Positions 29,447 through 39,848 of a DNA stretch of 64,000 nt are shown piece by piece. The position numbers and the translations under genes were made by a program. Source of the DNA: an uncultured Erysipelotrichaceae bacterium (lineage in GTDB: Bacteria; Bacillota_I; Bacilli_A; RFN20; CAG-826); contig CACWSI010000003.1 of the NCBI GenBank assembly GCA_902763555.1, forward strand, positions 181-64,180, read 5' to 3'. The first letter of the stretch is position 1, and the number at the start of each line of letters is the position of its first letter. The notes beneath the pieces were generated by a model that ran no database searches, was not told the origin of the DNA, and saw only the letters and a list, made by a program, of their open reading frames with translations.

Positions 29447-30286
29447 TTAAAATAGTAATTTTTTGATGTAGTTTTTGTTAATTTTGAACTCTTCACTGAC
29501 GACATTGATTGCGTCTTTTTGTGAAAGACCTAAATTAGTAAAATAAGCGACACGGGCAGTGATTTCCTCATCTTTAATCATCACTTCTTGGTTATTTCCC
29601 TCAACGATAATAACCATTTCACCTTTTAAGGTATCTTCATCAATCATGGAGAGTTCTTCAAGAGTGCCTCTAATGTATTCTTCGTTAAGCTTGGTTAATT
29701 CTCTAGCCAAACATGCTTTACGATTTCCGAGGCCTTCTTTTAATAAATTAAAAGTTCTTAAGATTCTATGAGGTGCTTCATAGAAGATAAGAGTGTTTCT
29801 AAGAGCTTTTAAGTTACTAATCTCTTCTTTGGCTTCGTTATCTTTTGCGGATAAAAATCCATAGAAGAAAAAGTGTCTAGTTTCTAATCCAGATGCCACT
29901 AATGCATTAATAAAAGCGGAAGAGCCAGAAATAGTGGAGACACAAATGTCATTAGCGATTAATTCTTGCACTAATAAGTAGCCAGGATCACTAATGCCTG
30001 GATAACCAGCATCAGACATATAAACAACTTTCTTTCCGGCTTGAATAAGGGAAACTAAGTGTTTACTTGCTTCTTTTTCGTTATGTTCCCTTAAAGAATA
30101 TAATTCTTTCTTAATATTAAAACGGGCTAACAAATCGTGAGCATTACGTGTATCTTCAGCAGCTACAATATCAGCCTCGCTTACCACTTCAATAGCGCGA
30201 GGAGAGAATTCTTTTAAGTTACCAATAGGTGTCGCTACTAGATAAAGGAGCAAATTGTTTTTATCGTAAGATTTACTTCTTTTCAT
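29447..30286 (-). CDS. rsmI: 16S rRNA (cytidine1402-2'-O)-methyltransferase
   Basis: Tetrapyrrole-methylase fold: LYLVATPIGNL, AEDTR. Confidence 0.9.
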   Translation of the reverse strand: MKRSKSYDKNNLLLYLVATPIGNLKEFSPRAIEVVSEADIVAAEDTRNAHDLLARFNIKKELYSLREHNEKEASKHLVSLIQAGKKVVYMSDAGYPGISDPGYLLVQELIANDICVSTISGSSAFINALVASGLETRHFFFYGFLSAKDNEAKEEISNLKALRNTLIFYEAPHRILRTFNLLKEGLGNRKACLARELTKLNEEYIRGTLEELSMIDEDTLKGEMVIIVEGNNQEVMIKDEEITARVAYFTNLGLSQKDAINVVSEEFKINKNYIKKLLF

Positions 30287-31163
30287 AGTGTTTCTCTTTC
30301 ACTCTATTAGCGCCTACTTGTTTATAGAAGTCTTCCAAAGGAAGGAACTTAATATCTTCGTCATTTTCAATCTTTACCACACGGGAAAGAATATTGATAT
30401 TTGTGACTGTATATTCGACTTTATCAATAAAGGCTTTACTACCTAATTCTGGGAATTTCTTTCTCTCTTCGGTATAAGCATCATCTTCATATTTTAAACA
30501 GCAGATTAATTTGCCACATTGTCCACTTAACTTAGGAATGTTAATCGCAAGCATTTGGTTCTTTGCTCTATTAATGGAAATACCATCAAATTCATTTAAG
30601 AATGTGGAACAACAAAGTGGTAAGCCACACACACCAAGACCACCGATCATTTTGGCTTTATCACGAGAACCGATTTGTCTTAATTCGATTCTTGTTCTTA
30701 AGCGTGAGGCTAAGACTTTTAATAATTCACGGAAGTCAACACGGTCATCCGCTAAATAGGAGAAGATGACCTTGGATTTATCAAGAGTATATTCACAAGA
30801 AATTAAATTCATATCTAAGTTGAGTTTTTTAGATTCAACTTGGCAGATTTCTAATGCATATACTGCGTCTTTTGCGTTAATTTCCGCTAAACGGATATCC
30901 ACATCAGTGGCTTTTCTAAGGATTGGTTTTAAGAATAAACCGTTACCATATTTATCAATGGAAATTGGTTCAATGGCAATAGTGCCTAATTCCATGCCTC
31001 TAACTGTTTCCACAACGACTTTATCACCCATTGCATAGTTATTATCAGTAGTGCCAAAAAAGTAAGCACGTGGAGTGTTTAAGAATTTCACACCAACGAA
31101 ATGTGAATAATCGTGTTTTTGATCAGTAATCTGTGTATGGTTATTATCTTCAATTTTTGGCAT
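30273..31163 (-). CDS. ricT: PSP1-domain protein (stage 0 sporulation YaaT / RicT-like)
   Basis: PSP1 C-terminal domain. Conserved position between holB and rsmI. Confidence 0.8.
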   Translation of the reverse strand: MPKIEDNNHTQITDQKHDYSHFVGVKFLNTPRAYFFGTTDNNYAMGDKVVVETVRGMELGTIAIEPISIDKYGNGLFLKPILRKATDVDIRLAEINAKDAVYALEICQVESKKLNLDMNLISCEYTLDKSKVIFSYLADDRVDFRELLKVLASRLRTRIELRQIGSRDKAKMIGGLGVCGLPLCCSTFLNEFDGISINRAKNQMLAINIPKLSGQCGKLICCLKYEDDAYTEERKKFPELGSKAFIDKVEYTVTNINILSRVVKIENDEDIKFLPLEDFYKQVGANRVKEKHYEKK

Positions 31164-31166
31164 ATA

Positions 31167-32162
31167 TTAGTCCTCTTTGGTAATGATATAAAATATGTGA
31201 TCAATCAATAGGGTGATATTTACATTAGTGTTTATCGCGGAAGCACATCTTAATAATTCAATCAAACTTTCACTAATATGAGAAAGTTTCGTGGAAAGAT
31301 GTTCTAATATTGTAGCATAACTTTCTAAGAATGGTTGCTTTTCATTAGAAATAGCAATCATATCTTCAAAGGCCATCACTAACATGTTGATGAAATAGCG
31401 GCAAGCTTCTTTACTCTTAATTTGGTTTGAGATATTGCCTTGAACGTAATAGATAAGAGCGTCTTTATCGCTTTCATCCATCACTTGAATAACTTCTTCA
31501 AAACACTGTTTAGCGTTGAAGAATATTTCGTTATTTTCTTTGTCATCAATAATTTCTTTAATTAGCTCTCCATCGTTATAGAAATAAGACAATAATTCGG
31601 CGTCTTTTTTGTCCACTCCAAAGGAGATAGCGTCATTAATGACAATATTCTTATCGATTAATTTCATTCTTAAAACTTGGCATCTAGAAATAATTGTGGG
31701 CAAAATACTATTCTCATTATTCGTGGTTAAGAAAGCATAGATTTGTTGCCCTGGTTCTTCTAAGAATTTAAGAATGCTATTAATGGCCTCAATGGTCATA
31801 TTTTCAATGAGGTGAAGAATATAAATTCTAATGCCTTTATTTTCGAAGGCTTTCTTATCAAAAGAACTTTCAATTGTAGTTACTGCATCTTTTTTAATCG
31901 TGGCTTTGCTACCATCAAAAACGAAAAAGTCTGGGTAGTTATCATCATCCACTCGTAAGCAAGTGATACAAGAATTACACGCTAATGGGGATGGATCATC
32001 ACACAAGATAGATTTGGCAAAGAATTTAGCGATATCTAAAAGTGGTGAACCGTTGGTTCCGGAGATGAGATAGGCGTGAGAAAGTTGACCTTTTTGTAAC
32101 GAATTAACAAAGGTTTGATAAATAACTGGTTGATATTTCTTAAGATATTTCTCTACTTGCAT
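31167..32162 (-). CDS. holB: DNA polymerase III delta' subunit
   Basis: AAA+ clamp-loader fold (HAYLISG, FLEEP). Synteny tmk-holB-yaaT. Confidence 0.85.
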   Translation of the reverse strand: MQVEKYLKKYQPVIYQTFVNSLQKGQLSHAYLISGTNGSPLLDIAKFFAKSILCDDPSPLACNSCITCLRVDDDNYPDFFVFDGSKATIKKDAVTTIESSFDKKAFENKGIRIYILHLIENMTIEAINSILKFLEEPGQQIYAFLTTNNENSILPTIISRCQVLRMKLIDKNIVINDAISFGVDKKDAELLSYFYNDGELIKEIIDDKENNEIFFNAKQCFEEVIQVMDESDKDALIYYVQGNISNQIKSKEACRYFINMLVMAFEDMIAISNEKQPFLESYATILEHLSTKLSHISESLIELLRCASAINTNVNITLLIDHIFYIITKED

Positions 32163-32773
32163 ATTCTTGATAGCATCACATCAAGAGTGGCTTTAGCCAC
32201 TTCTTCCTGACTCTTGCTAGCGTCAATAATGACGAAACGTTCTGGATAACGCTTCGCTAATTCTAAAAATGTATTTCTAACAGTTTTATGGAATTCTAAT
32301 TTTTCTAAATCTAAACGATTTACTTCTCTATTTGCGTTAGCGGCGATTCTAGCTAAACCAATTTCTGGTTCAATATCGAATAAGAGAGTTAAATCTGGGA
32401 ATGTACCTTCAGTGGCAAACATGTTGATATTTAAGACGTTATCAACGCCTAAACCTCTTGCACCACCTTGATAGGCTAAGGAAGAATCTAAATAACGGTC
32501 ACAAATGACGATTTTCCCTTCTTTTAAAGCAGGCCAGACCTTTTCAACAAGGTGTTGTCTTCTTGAAGCAGCATAAAGAAGAGCCTCTGTTCTTTTGTCC
32601 ATCGCAGTATTAGCTTTATCTAAAATGACATTACGGATTTGTTCTGCGATTGGGGTACCACCTGGTTCACGAGTACGGACAATTTGATATCCCATCTCCT
32701 CTAATTTACTAACAGCATAGTTAACTGCGGTTGTTTTTCCAGATCCTTCTGGTCCTTCAAGAGTAATAAACAT
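32153..32773 (-). CDS. tmk: Thymidylate kinase
   Basis: FITLEGPEGSGKTT P-loop, DRY motif. Confidence 0.95.
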   Translation of the reverse strand: MFITLEGPEGSGKTTAVNYAVSKLEEMGYQIVRTREPGGTPIAEQIRNVILDKANTAMDKRTEALLYAASRRQHLVEKVWPALKEGKIVICDRYLDSSLAYQGGARGLGVDNVLNINMFATEGTFPDLTLLFDIEPEIGLARIAANANREVNRLDLEKLEFHKTVRNTFLELAKRYPERFVIIDASKSQEEVAKATLDVMLSRICK

Positions 32774-32785
32774 ACTTGCTACCTC

Positions 32786-33382
32786 TTATAATTTTCTTCT
32801 TCCTTCGACGGCCTTAGATAAAGTTAAGGCATCGGTGTAATCTAAATTACCACCCATTTGTAAGCCATAAGCTAGTCTAGTGACAACATCAACTTTGCCT
32901 TCGATTAATCTGGCAATATATAGAGCGGTGGTTTCTCCTTCAATTGTGGGGTTAGTGGCGATAATCACTTCTTTGAAGTGGTGTTCATCCAATCTCTTTA
33001 ATAATGAAGTGATATTTAAATCGTCCACCCCATTACCTTTACTTAAAGAGATAACCCCGTTTAAAACGTGGTATAAACCGCGATAATATTCAGCGTTTTC
33101 AAAAGCGATGACATCTTTTGGGAAAGAAACAATCATCAAAGTATCTTGATCACGTTCTGAATCATCACAAATAACACACTTCTCACCTTCTGTTAAAAAG
33201 CCACAGATAGGGCAGACGTGTATGGATTGTTTAAGGTTTTTAATCGCATCAGAAAACTCCGTTAAGTCATCATCTTCCATATTGAGCATCGCATACGCCA
33301 TACGTTCCGCGCTACGACGACCAACGCTTGGTAACTTAACTAAAGATTCTTCTAAACGAATAAGAGCCTTTAACTTTTCCAT
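32786..33382 (-). CDS. recR: Recombination protein RecR
   Basis: C4 zinc finger CPICGFLTEGEKCVIC and a Toprim domain. Confidence 0.95.
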   Translation of the reverse strand: MEKLKALIRLEESLVKLPSVGRRSAERMAYAMLNMEDDDLTEFSDAIKNLKQSIHVCPICGFLTEGEKCVICDDSERDQDTLMIVSFPKDVIAFENAEYYRGLYHVLNGVISLSKGNGVDDLNITSLLKRLDEHHFKEVIIATNPTIEGETTALYIARLIEGKVDVVTRLAYGLQMGGNLDYTDALTLSKAVEGRRKL

Positions 33383-33384
33383 AA

Positions 33385-33687
33385 TTAGAAGCCGAAACCT
33401 CCAGGTTGGCCAGTAATACGTTCGTTAATGGCTTCACTTTCTTCATCAATTTTAGCCATAGCTTCATTAATTGCTAAAGCAATCATATCTTGAATCATTT
33501 CTTTGTTTTCTGGATCAAAAGCATCATTATCGATTTCGATAGCTTTGATTTCCTTATTACCGAGAACAGTAACTGTCACAGCGCCACCTTTAGCGACTTT
33601 GAATTCTTTCGCGGCTAATTCAGCTTGTGCTTTTCTAAGTTCTCTTTGCATCTTTTGGGCTTGCGCCATCATTTGTTGCATGTTCAT
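33385..33687 (-). CDS. ybaB: Nucleoid-associated protein YbaB/EbfC
   Basis: ~100 aa YbaB fold. Conserved position between dnaX and recR. Confidence 0.9.
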   Translation of the reverse strand: MNMQQMMAQAQKMQRELRKAQAELAAKEFKVAKGGAVTVTVLGNKEIKAIEIDNDAFDPENKEMIQDMIALAINEAMAKIDEESEAINERITGQPGGFGF

Positions 33688-33691
33688 AGTG

Positions 33692-35401
33692 TTATTCTCC
33701 TTCGAATTCTATGTTGATTGTATCTGGTTTTGGTAATTTACCAAGTTGATAACTATTCATGTAGTGTTGTTGCCATCTAATAGAGTCTTTTCTACTTACT
33801 GCGTAGACAAACATCTTCTTATTGAAAACAGTTTGAATGACATTTTGGATGGCTTCTTGGTTTTCTAATAAATTAGCTTTTTCAGTGATGCTAGGGAATT
33901 GATATTCGACCACTAAAATCTTTTGCGAGGCGACTAATGGACGACCATCCGCCAACATTGTCGCGGCTCTACCTAATTCTGGATGAGTAATGATTCTCTT
34001 AATAGAGGACCAGTTATCGATTAATGAGTTCTTAATGTCTTTCTTGGAAATAACCATGATATCGAGCATTAAGTTATCATCGATGAAGAATGAACCATCT
34101 TTCTTGGTGTTCTTAATCGTTAAAACATCTTTAGAAAGGACAATTTCTGGAGCCTTTTCTGGCTCTGGCTCAGGTTGATCAAGTAAAGAAATAATTTCTT
34201 CTTGTTTAGGTGCTGGAGCAGGTTCTTGTCTTGGCTGTGGCGCTGGCCTACTTACTGGAGCAGGAGCAGGTTTTTCATATACTGGTTCCACTGGTTTTGG
34301 TTGTGGAGCGCTTTGATGACCATCTTTCTTGGTGGCCACTAATTTAAGAATTGTGACTTCAAATAATGGAATGATTGAGTTAACAGTCTTATAGTCCTTT
34401 TGCGCGGCCATAATGATATCGATCATCTTTAATGTTTCATCAATATCTAAACCCTTAAAGAATGAAGCGGCTTCTTGTTCAGTCAAGATTTCTAAACAAT
34501 CAACATTACGGGAAGATTGATAAATCAATATATCCTTTAATATTAATAATAAGTCGTCAGTTAATCTCTTGATGTCAGTGCCTAAAGAAACATAACGATT
34601 GATTCTTTGTAAGACATCGGAAACATCTTTATTGATAATCGCATTTAGTAAGGCGATTTTTTCTTCTTTTGATTCAAGAGCGAAGATATCTAAGATGTCT
34701 TGTACTTCAAGTTTGTTACCAGAATAGGCTAATACTTGATCCAAGATTGATAAAGCATCACGCATGCCACCATCGGCTAAAGAGATGATGATTTTGATAG
34801 CTTCTTCGTTATAGGCAATACCTTCTTTTTCTAAAACACTCTTAAGTCTGTTGTTAATATCATCATCACTTAATTTAGTGAAGTCATATCTTTGACAACG
34901 AGAAAGAATAGTAGGAAGGATTTTATGTGGTTCAGTTGTGGCCAAAATAAAGATAACGTGTTCTGGTGGCTCTTCTAAGGTCTTCAAAAGAGCGTTAAAC
35001 GCACCTGTTGAGAGCATATGAACTTCGTCGATAATATAAACTTTATAACGGCCCAAGATTGTGCCATATTTTACCTTATCAATTAACTCTCTGATTTCAT
35101 CAACACCGTTATTAGAAGCGGCGTCTAATTCAATAACATCAGGATGAGTACCATCGATAATTGCTTTACAGTTTTTACATTCGTTACACTGACAGCCAAT
35201 ACCTTCATCACAGTTAAGAGCTTTTGCTAATAACTTTGCCATTGTGGTCTTACCTGTACCACGAGGGCCTGCGAATAGGTAGGCGTGAGCTAACTTTCTG
35301 GTCGCCAAAGCGTTCTTTAAAGTCTTGACGATATGTTCTTGTCCAGCGACTTCTTCAAAAGTGCTAGGACGATATGTTCGATATAATGCTTTATAAGCCA
35401 T
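33692..35401 (-). CDS. dnaX: DNA polymerase III subunit gamma/tau
   Basis: GPRGTGKTT, zinc module CxxC...C, proline-rich linker. 569 aa. Confidence 0.95.
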   Translation of the reverse strand: MAYKALYRTYRPSTFEEVAGQEHIVKTLKNALATRKLAHAYLFAGPRGTGKTTMAKLLAKALNCDEGIGCQCNECKNCKAIIDGTHPDVIELDAASNNGVDEIRELIDKVKYGTILGRYKVYIIDEVHMLSTGAFNALLKTLEEPPEHVIFILATTEPHKILPTILSRCQRYDFTKLSDDDINNRLKSVLEKEGIAYNEEAIKIIISLADGGMRDALSILDQVLAYSGNKLEVQDILDIFALESKEEKIALLNAIINKDVSDVLQRINRYVSLGTDIKRLTDDLLLILKDILIYQSSRNVDCLEILTEQEAASFFKGLDIDETLKMIDIIMAAQKDYKTVNSIIPLFEVTILKLVATKKDGHQSAPQPKPVEPVYEKPAPAPVSRPAPQPRQEPAPAPKQEEIISLLDQPEPEPEKAPEIVLSKDVLTIKNTKKDGSFFIDDNLMLDIMVISKKDIKNSLIDNWSSIKRIITHPELGRAATMLADGRPLVASQKILVVEYQFPSITEKANLLENQEAIQNVIQTVFNKKMFVYAVSRKDSIRWQQHYMNSYQLGKLPKPDTINIEFEGE

Positions 35402-35534
35402 ATAAAATCACCTGTGATAAGTATATACCAAAACCTTCGCTTATAAAATGTTAATATTCTATTAATGGAAATATTTCTCTCTTTGTGCTATACATGAGTT
35501 GTGCTACAATACTTAACGGTCAGAGGAAACTATT

Positions 35535-36608
35535 ATGGAAGAAAGCATGCGTCAACGTCTCATTGCTGCCGAAAAACGTCTTAAAGAAATAGATGAAGAA
35601 CTCGTCAGTGATGACATCATGAAAAACATCTCTAAATTTAGAGAAATATCAAAAGAAAGAGCTAACTTGGATCCTCAAGTTGCTGCTTTTAATCAATATC
35701 AAAAGAATGAAGAAGATATTGAAGCCGCGAAAGAGATGGCACATGATTCTGATCTAGATTTAGCGGAAATGGGCAAAGAAGAAATCAAACGCCTTGAAGC
35801 TGAACAAGAAAAACTCTTAGATGATTTAAGAGAAATGCTCCTTCCTAGAGATCCTAATGATGATAAAAACATTATCGTTGAAATTAGAGGCGCTGTTGGT
35901 GGTGATGAAGCTAACATCTTTGCGGGTGACCTTTTCAGAATGTACACAAGATATGCTGAAGCACAAGGTTGGAAGATTCAAATCCTCGATGAAAACCCAT
36001 CCGAATCTGGTGGCTTTGCCCTCATTTCTTTCAAGATAAGTGGTAGCCGTGTCTTCTCAAAATTAAAATTCGAGAGTGGCGCTCACCGTGTTCAACGTGT
36101 GCCAAAGACTGAAGCCTCAGGCCGTATTCACACAAGTACCGCGACTGTCTTAGTCATGCCTGAAGCGGAAGAAATTGATATTCAAATTAATCCTAACGAT
36201 TTACAAGTCGATACATATCACTCACAAGGTGCGGGTGGTCAAAACGTTAACAAGACTGAATCCGCAGTTCGTATTACCCACATCCCAACTGGTACAGTTG
36301 TGGCGTGCCAAACTGAAAAATCTCAAATTCAAAATAGAGAAATTGCTATGCAAATGTTACGTACAAAGATGTACGCTAATATGCTCGCTGAACAACAAGA
36401 AAAAATCGGCAACGAACGTCGTTTAAAAATCGGTACTGGTGAAAGAAGTGAAAAGATTAGAACTTATAACTATCCACAAAACCGCGTTACCGACCACCGT
36501 ATTGGTTTCACAATTCAAAAATTAGACCGCGTCATTGAAGGTGAATTAGATGAAGTCATTGAAGCTTTAATTCACTATGATCAATCCGCAAAAATGGCGG
36601 GCGAATAA
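35535..36608 (+). CDS. prfA: Peptide chain release factor 1
   Basis: PST-like, GGQ motif ([11 protein letters not shown]). Confidence 0.95.
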   Translation: MEESMRQRLIAAEKRLKEIDEELVSDDIMKNISKFREISKERANLDPQVAAFNQYQKNEEDIEAAKEMAHDSDLDLAEMGKEEIKRLEAEQEKLLDDLREMLLPRDPNDDKNIIVEIRGAVGGDEANIFAGDLFRMYTRYAEAQGWKIQILDENPSESGGFALISFKISGSRVFSKLKFESGAHRVQRVPKTEASGRIHTSTATVLVMPEAEEIDIQINPNDLQVDTYHSQGAGGQNVNKTESAVRITHIPTGTVVACQTEKSQIQNREIAMQMLRTKMYANMLAEQQEKIGNERRLKIGTGERSEKIRTYNYPQNRVTDHRIGFTIQKLDRVIEGELDEVIEALIHYDQSAKMAGE

Positions 36609-36610
36609 TA

Positions 36611-37447
36611 ATGTCTACAAATCGCGAACTGCTCTTCAAATATAAAAAAGAAGGCATAAGTGATGCAGTTATTTACTTTGCACTAGAAGAATGTAATGGT
36701 TATGACCATCTTCTTTTATCACAAAATCTAGATTCTGAAATTAAAGATGAAAATAGATTCGTTAATGCCATGAGCCGTTACCTTAACGGTGAAATGATTG
36801 AATATATTTTTAACAAGGCTTACTTTTTAGCAAAGCCTTTTTATGTTGATAAAAATGTCTTAATTCCAAGACAAGAAACTGAACAATTAGTGCTCAATAC
36901 TGCAAAACTTATTAAGGATATATTTAATAAAGATAATCTAGAGATTATCGATGTCTGTACTGGCAGTGGTTGTATTGGTATTAGTCTTGCTCATATATTT
37001 AAAGATAGTTCTATTACTCTTTCTGACATTTCAGAAGAAGCGTTGGATGTCGCTAATAAGAATATTGAGAATCATCAATTAACAAATGTCACTGCAGTTC
37101 AAGGTGATATGCTTGAACCATTTATTAATAATGAATTTAAAGTGGATGTAATAATCTGTAATCCACCTTATATTGAGAATGAAAAAACAATCGATGAAAA
37201 GACCTGGAAGCAAGAACCTCATCTCGCTTTATTAGCAAAACCAGGCACTATGTACTATGAAAAAGTACTTAAAGACTATTTAAAAGTTGTTAACGATACA
37301 TATATCCTTGCTTTTGAAATTGGAGAGGATTTAGAAGAGCCTTTAACAAAGTTAGTAAATAAGTACTGCAAAGGCTGTTCGTTCTATTTTGAGAAAGACA
37401 TGTATGATAGAGTACGTTTCTTATTTATTACAGGTAAAAAGGAATAG
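36611..37447 (+). CDS. prmC: Release-factor glutamine N5-methyltransferase
   Basis: NPPY motif (CNPPYI). Directly downstream of prfA. Confidence 0.9.
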   Translation: MSTNRELLFKYKKEGISDAVIYFALEECNGYDHLLLSQNLDSEIKDENRFVNAMSRYLNGEMIEYIFNKAYFLAKPFYVDKNVLIPRQETEQLVLNTAKLIKDIFNKDNLEIIDVCTGSGCIGISLAHIFKDSSITLSDISEEALDVANKNIENHQLTNVTAVQGDMLEPFINNEFKVDVIICNPPYIENEKTIDEKTWKQEPHLALLAKPGTMYYEKVLKDYLKVVNDTYILAFEIGEDLEEPLTKLVNKYCKGCSFYFEKDMYDRVRFLFITGKKE

Positions 37448-37479
37448 CAAAATATCTTTGATATTACTATAATGAATGT

Positions 37480-37917
37480 ATGAAAATTGCAATTGGTTCC
37501 GATCACGGCGGTTATGAATTAAAAGAAGGCCTCAAACGCTACTTAGCCAATAAGGGTTATGAAGTGGTTGATGTCGGTACATATTCCACAGAATCATGTC
37601 ATTATCCAGAATTTGGCGCTAAATGTGCTAAACTCGTCGCTGATGGTGAATGCACATATGGTATTGTTGTCTGTACAACAGGTGAAGGTATCGTTATGGC
37701 AGCTAATAAAGTCAAAGGCGTGCGTGCTGGCTTAGCATACAACGTCGAAGTTGCTAGATTAATGAGAGAACACAATGATGCTAATGTCATTGGTTTCGGT
37801 GCTAAATTCACCACATTAGAAGAAGCATGTGAGAGAACAGACACTTTCCTAGCTACTGAATTTGCGGGTGGAAGACATGCTATTCGTGTTGAAATGTTAA
37901 ATAATTTAGACAAATAA
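37480..37917 (+). CDS. rpiB: Ribose-5-phosphate isomerase B
   Basis: MKIAIGSDHGG... RpiB/LacAB fold. Confidence 0.9.
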   Translation: MKIAIGSDHGGYELKEGLKRYLANKGYEVVDVGTYSTESCHYPEFGAKCAKLVADGECTYGIVVCTTGEGIVMAANKVKGVRAGLAYNVEVARLMREHNDANVIGFGAKFTTLEEACERTDTFLATEFAGGRHAIRVEMLNNLDK

Positions 37918-37945
37918 TCAATTTTTTCGGACAAAAATCAAAAAT

Positions 37946-37976
37946 GCCTCCTATTTAATTAATAGGGGGCTTTTTT
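37946..37976 (+). terminator. Rho-independent terminator after rpiB
   Basis: GCCTCCTAT-ttaatta-ATAGGGGGC followed by TTTTTT. Confidence 0.65.
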
Positions 37977-38103
37977 AATCATTGACATAAATAAAAAAGT
38001 CGGAGGATTATCCGACGCTGGAAGCCATCATATTAAGAGTAGGTCTCGATACGAATCCAGCACCATTATTGAATCCAAAGAAGGTAAGGAAAGGCAAGAA
38101 ATA

Positions 38104-38199
38104 ATGATTAAAAAAAGATTATCAAAGCAACTATTAGGAAATTTTCAAAATGGAATCGATAGTTTAGTTCACGCTGTATGCGGTTCCCCAAAGACATGA
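38104..38199 (+). pseudogene. Degenerate duplicate of an internal comFA segment (codons ~62-94), read as a 31-codon ORF ending in TGA
   Basis: About 95 bp at ~38103-38196 are ~88% identical to comFA nt ~38889-38980. Translates MIKKRLSKQLLGNFQNGIDSLVHAVCGSPKT*, versus comFA ...QKRLSKQLLENFQNGIDSLVHAVCGSGKTE. Confidence 0.7.
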
Positions 38200-38223
38200 A
38201 AACCATAACAAAAAGGATTAATT

Positions 38224-38601
38224 ATGAGTAAAAAACGAAAAAGAATCAGAATTCTGAGAGGAAAATTTTATACAACTTTCCACACTGGCCGATTAGGTCA
38301 TCCATCATTAGTTTTTAGACTGGATCGAAAAAGAAATAAGTATTGGATAGTCGTTTTTGATACTACAGGAAGAAATGACAGAATAATGCTAAAAGTTCCG
38401 ATTGAAACAACCGTAAAAGCTTCTTTTGTGCATAAAAAACCAGTGATAGCTTCTCATGGAGATTTGGGTGATCACGAATTAGTTGGTTTGAAAGTTGATA
38501 AGGTGGATAAACCTCGAATTGAATTAATTAAAAGAAAGAAACCTCAATTAACTAAAAAATATAAAAAGTATTTGGAACAAAAAAATAAAAAAGTCCGCTA
38601 G
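38224..38601 (+). CDS. Hypothetical 125-aa basic protein (pI about 11) of unknown family, lying between the comFA fragment and intact comFA
   Basis: RBS AAAAAGGA 8 nt upstream. Lys/Arg-rich N- and C-termini. No recognisable motif. Confidence 0.55.
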   Translation: MSKKRKRIRILRGKFYTTFHTGRLGHPSLVFRLDRKRNKYWIVVFDTTGRNDRIMLKVPIETTVKASFVHKKPVIASHGDLGDHELVGLKVDKVDKPRIELIKRKKPQLTKKYKKYLEQKNKKVR

Positions 38602-38717
38602 GGACTTAGTGCATCGGGCAGATCGAGCTGCCAATTGGTGCGCGGTTGTCTGAGCATATTTAGCTCTGCATGACAACTTGTAAATATATTTAATCAAAAG
38701 AAGGGAGATAATTCAAT

Positions 38718-39848
38718 ATGGAATCTTATAAATGCCCAATATGTGGCAACAGCGATTCAAAATACATGGGTTTTAGAAATGGGAAACCATATTGTCGTAA
38801 GTGCATAACTTTTAGAGGACAGGAAGCGTCTGGCGATTATGTCCAACTTGATAGTGCGGAATGGACTTTAAAATACGAGCTTTCTGATGATCAAAAAAGA
38901 TTATCAAAACAACTATTAGAAAACTTTCAAAACGGAATCGATAGTTTAGTTCACGCCGTGTGCGGTTCAGGAAAGACTGAAATTTGTATAGGAATTATTT
39001 CATATTGTATTAAAAATGGCCTAAAAGTCGGATTTGCAGTTCCGCGTCGCGATGTGTGTATCGAATTATATTATCGCTTTGCGGATATATTTAGAGATAA
39101 TGATTTAACAGCGGTTTATGGTGGAAATACAAAGTATTTAGAAGGCGATTTAGTGTTATTAACCACCCACCAGTTATTTAGATATGACCATTATTTCGAT
39201 TTATTAATCGTTGATGAAATTGATGCCTTCCCTTTCAAAGGCAGCGAGATATTAGAAGTCTTTTTCAAACGCAGTATTAAGAAGAATTATATTCTAATGA
39301 CCGCAACTCCAAATAAAGAGATACTGGACTATTTTTCAAAACCTGGAAGAGCAATCCTCCAGCTATTTTCAAGATTTCATGGCAAGCCCTTACCTGTCCC
39401 GACAGTCATAAAAGGCAATGAATTATATTTAAACTACAAACTAGTTAAAGTAGTATCAAGAATATTGAAGAGTTTTAAGCAGATTTTTATCTTTGTTCCG
39501 ACAATTGATTTATCGGTGAAAGTGTATAAATTTTTAAGGGTGTTTTTTCCTAATGGATATTATATTAATTCGCACTCTGAAAATCGTGACGAAATTATTA
39601 AAAGATTCAGAACAAAAAAGTATCGATACTTAGTGACCACTGCTGTTTTAGAAAGAGGTGTTACTGTTAAAGATTTACAAGTCATTGTTTACCACAGTGA
39701 TCATCCAATTTATGACTCTTATTCCTTAATACAAATAGCGGGACGTGTTGGAAGAAAGAAAGACGCTCCAGAAGGTGAGGTGATATTTCTTGCTAGGGAA
39801 AATAATGAGATTAATGCCGCCAACAAGAAACTGCCTAATTTGCTTTAA
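38718..39848 (+). CDS. comFA: Competence protein ComFA-like DEAD/DEAH-box helicase
   Basis: N-terminal zinc ribbon CPICGN...CRKC, Walker A CGSGKTE, DEID, helicase C motifs. RBS aagggag. Confidence 0.85.
   Translation: MESYKCPICGNSDSKYMGFRNGKPYCRKCITFRGQEASGDYVQLDSAEWTLKYELSDDQKRLSKQLLENFQNGIDSLVHAVCGSGKTEICIGIISYCIKNGLKVGFAVPRRDVCIELYYRFADIFRDNDLTAVYGGNTKYLEGDLVLLTTHQLFRYDHYFDLLIVDEIDAFPFKGSEILEVFFKRSIKKNYILMTATPNKEILDYFSKPGRAILQLFSRFHGKPLPVPTVIKGNELYLNYKLVKVVSRILKSFKQIFIFVPTIDLSVKVYKFLRVFFPNGYYINSHSENRDEIIKRFRTKKYRYLVTTAVLERGVTVKDLQVIVYHSDHPIYDSYSLIQIAGRVGRKKDAPEGEVIFLARENNEINAANKKLPNLL

Noticed and set aside
35402-35534. Possible SRP RNA (scr/ffs) upstream of dnaX, as in Bacillus
   Set aside because: Only 133 bp are available and no recognisable domain-IV GNRA/AGGA consensus could be seen on either strand. 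It cannot be supported without a covariance-model search.
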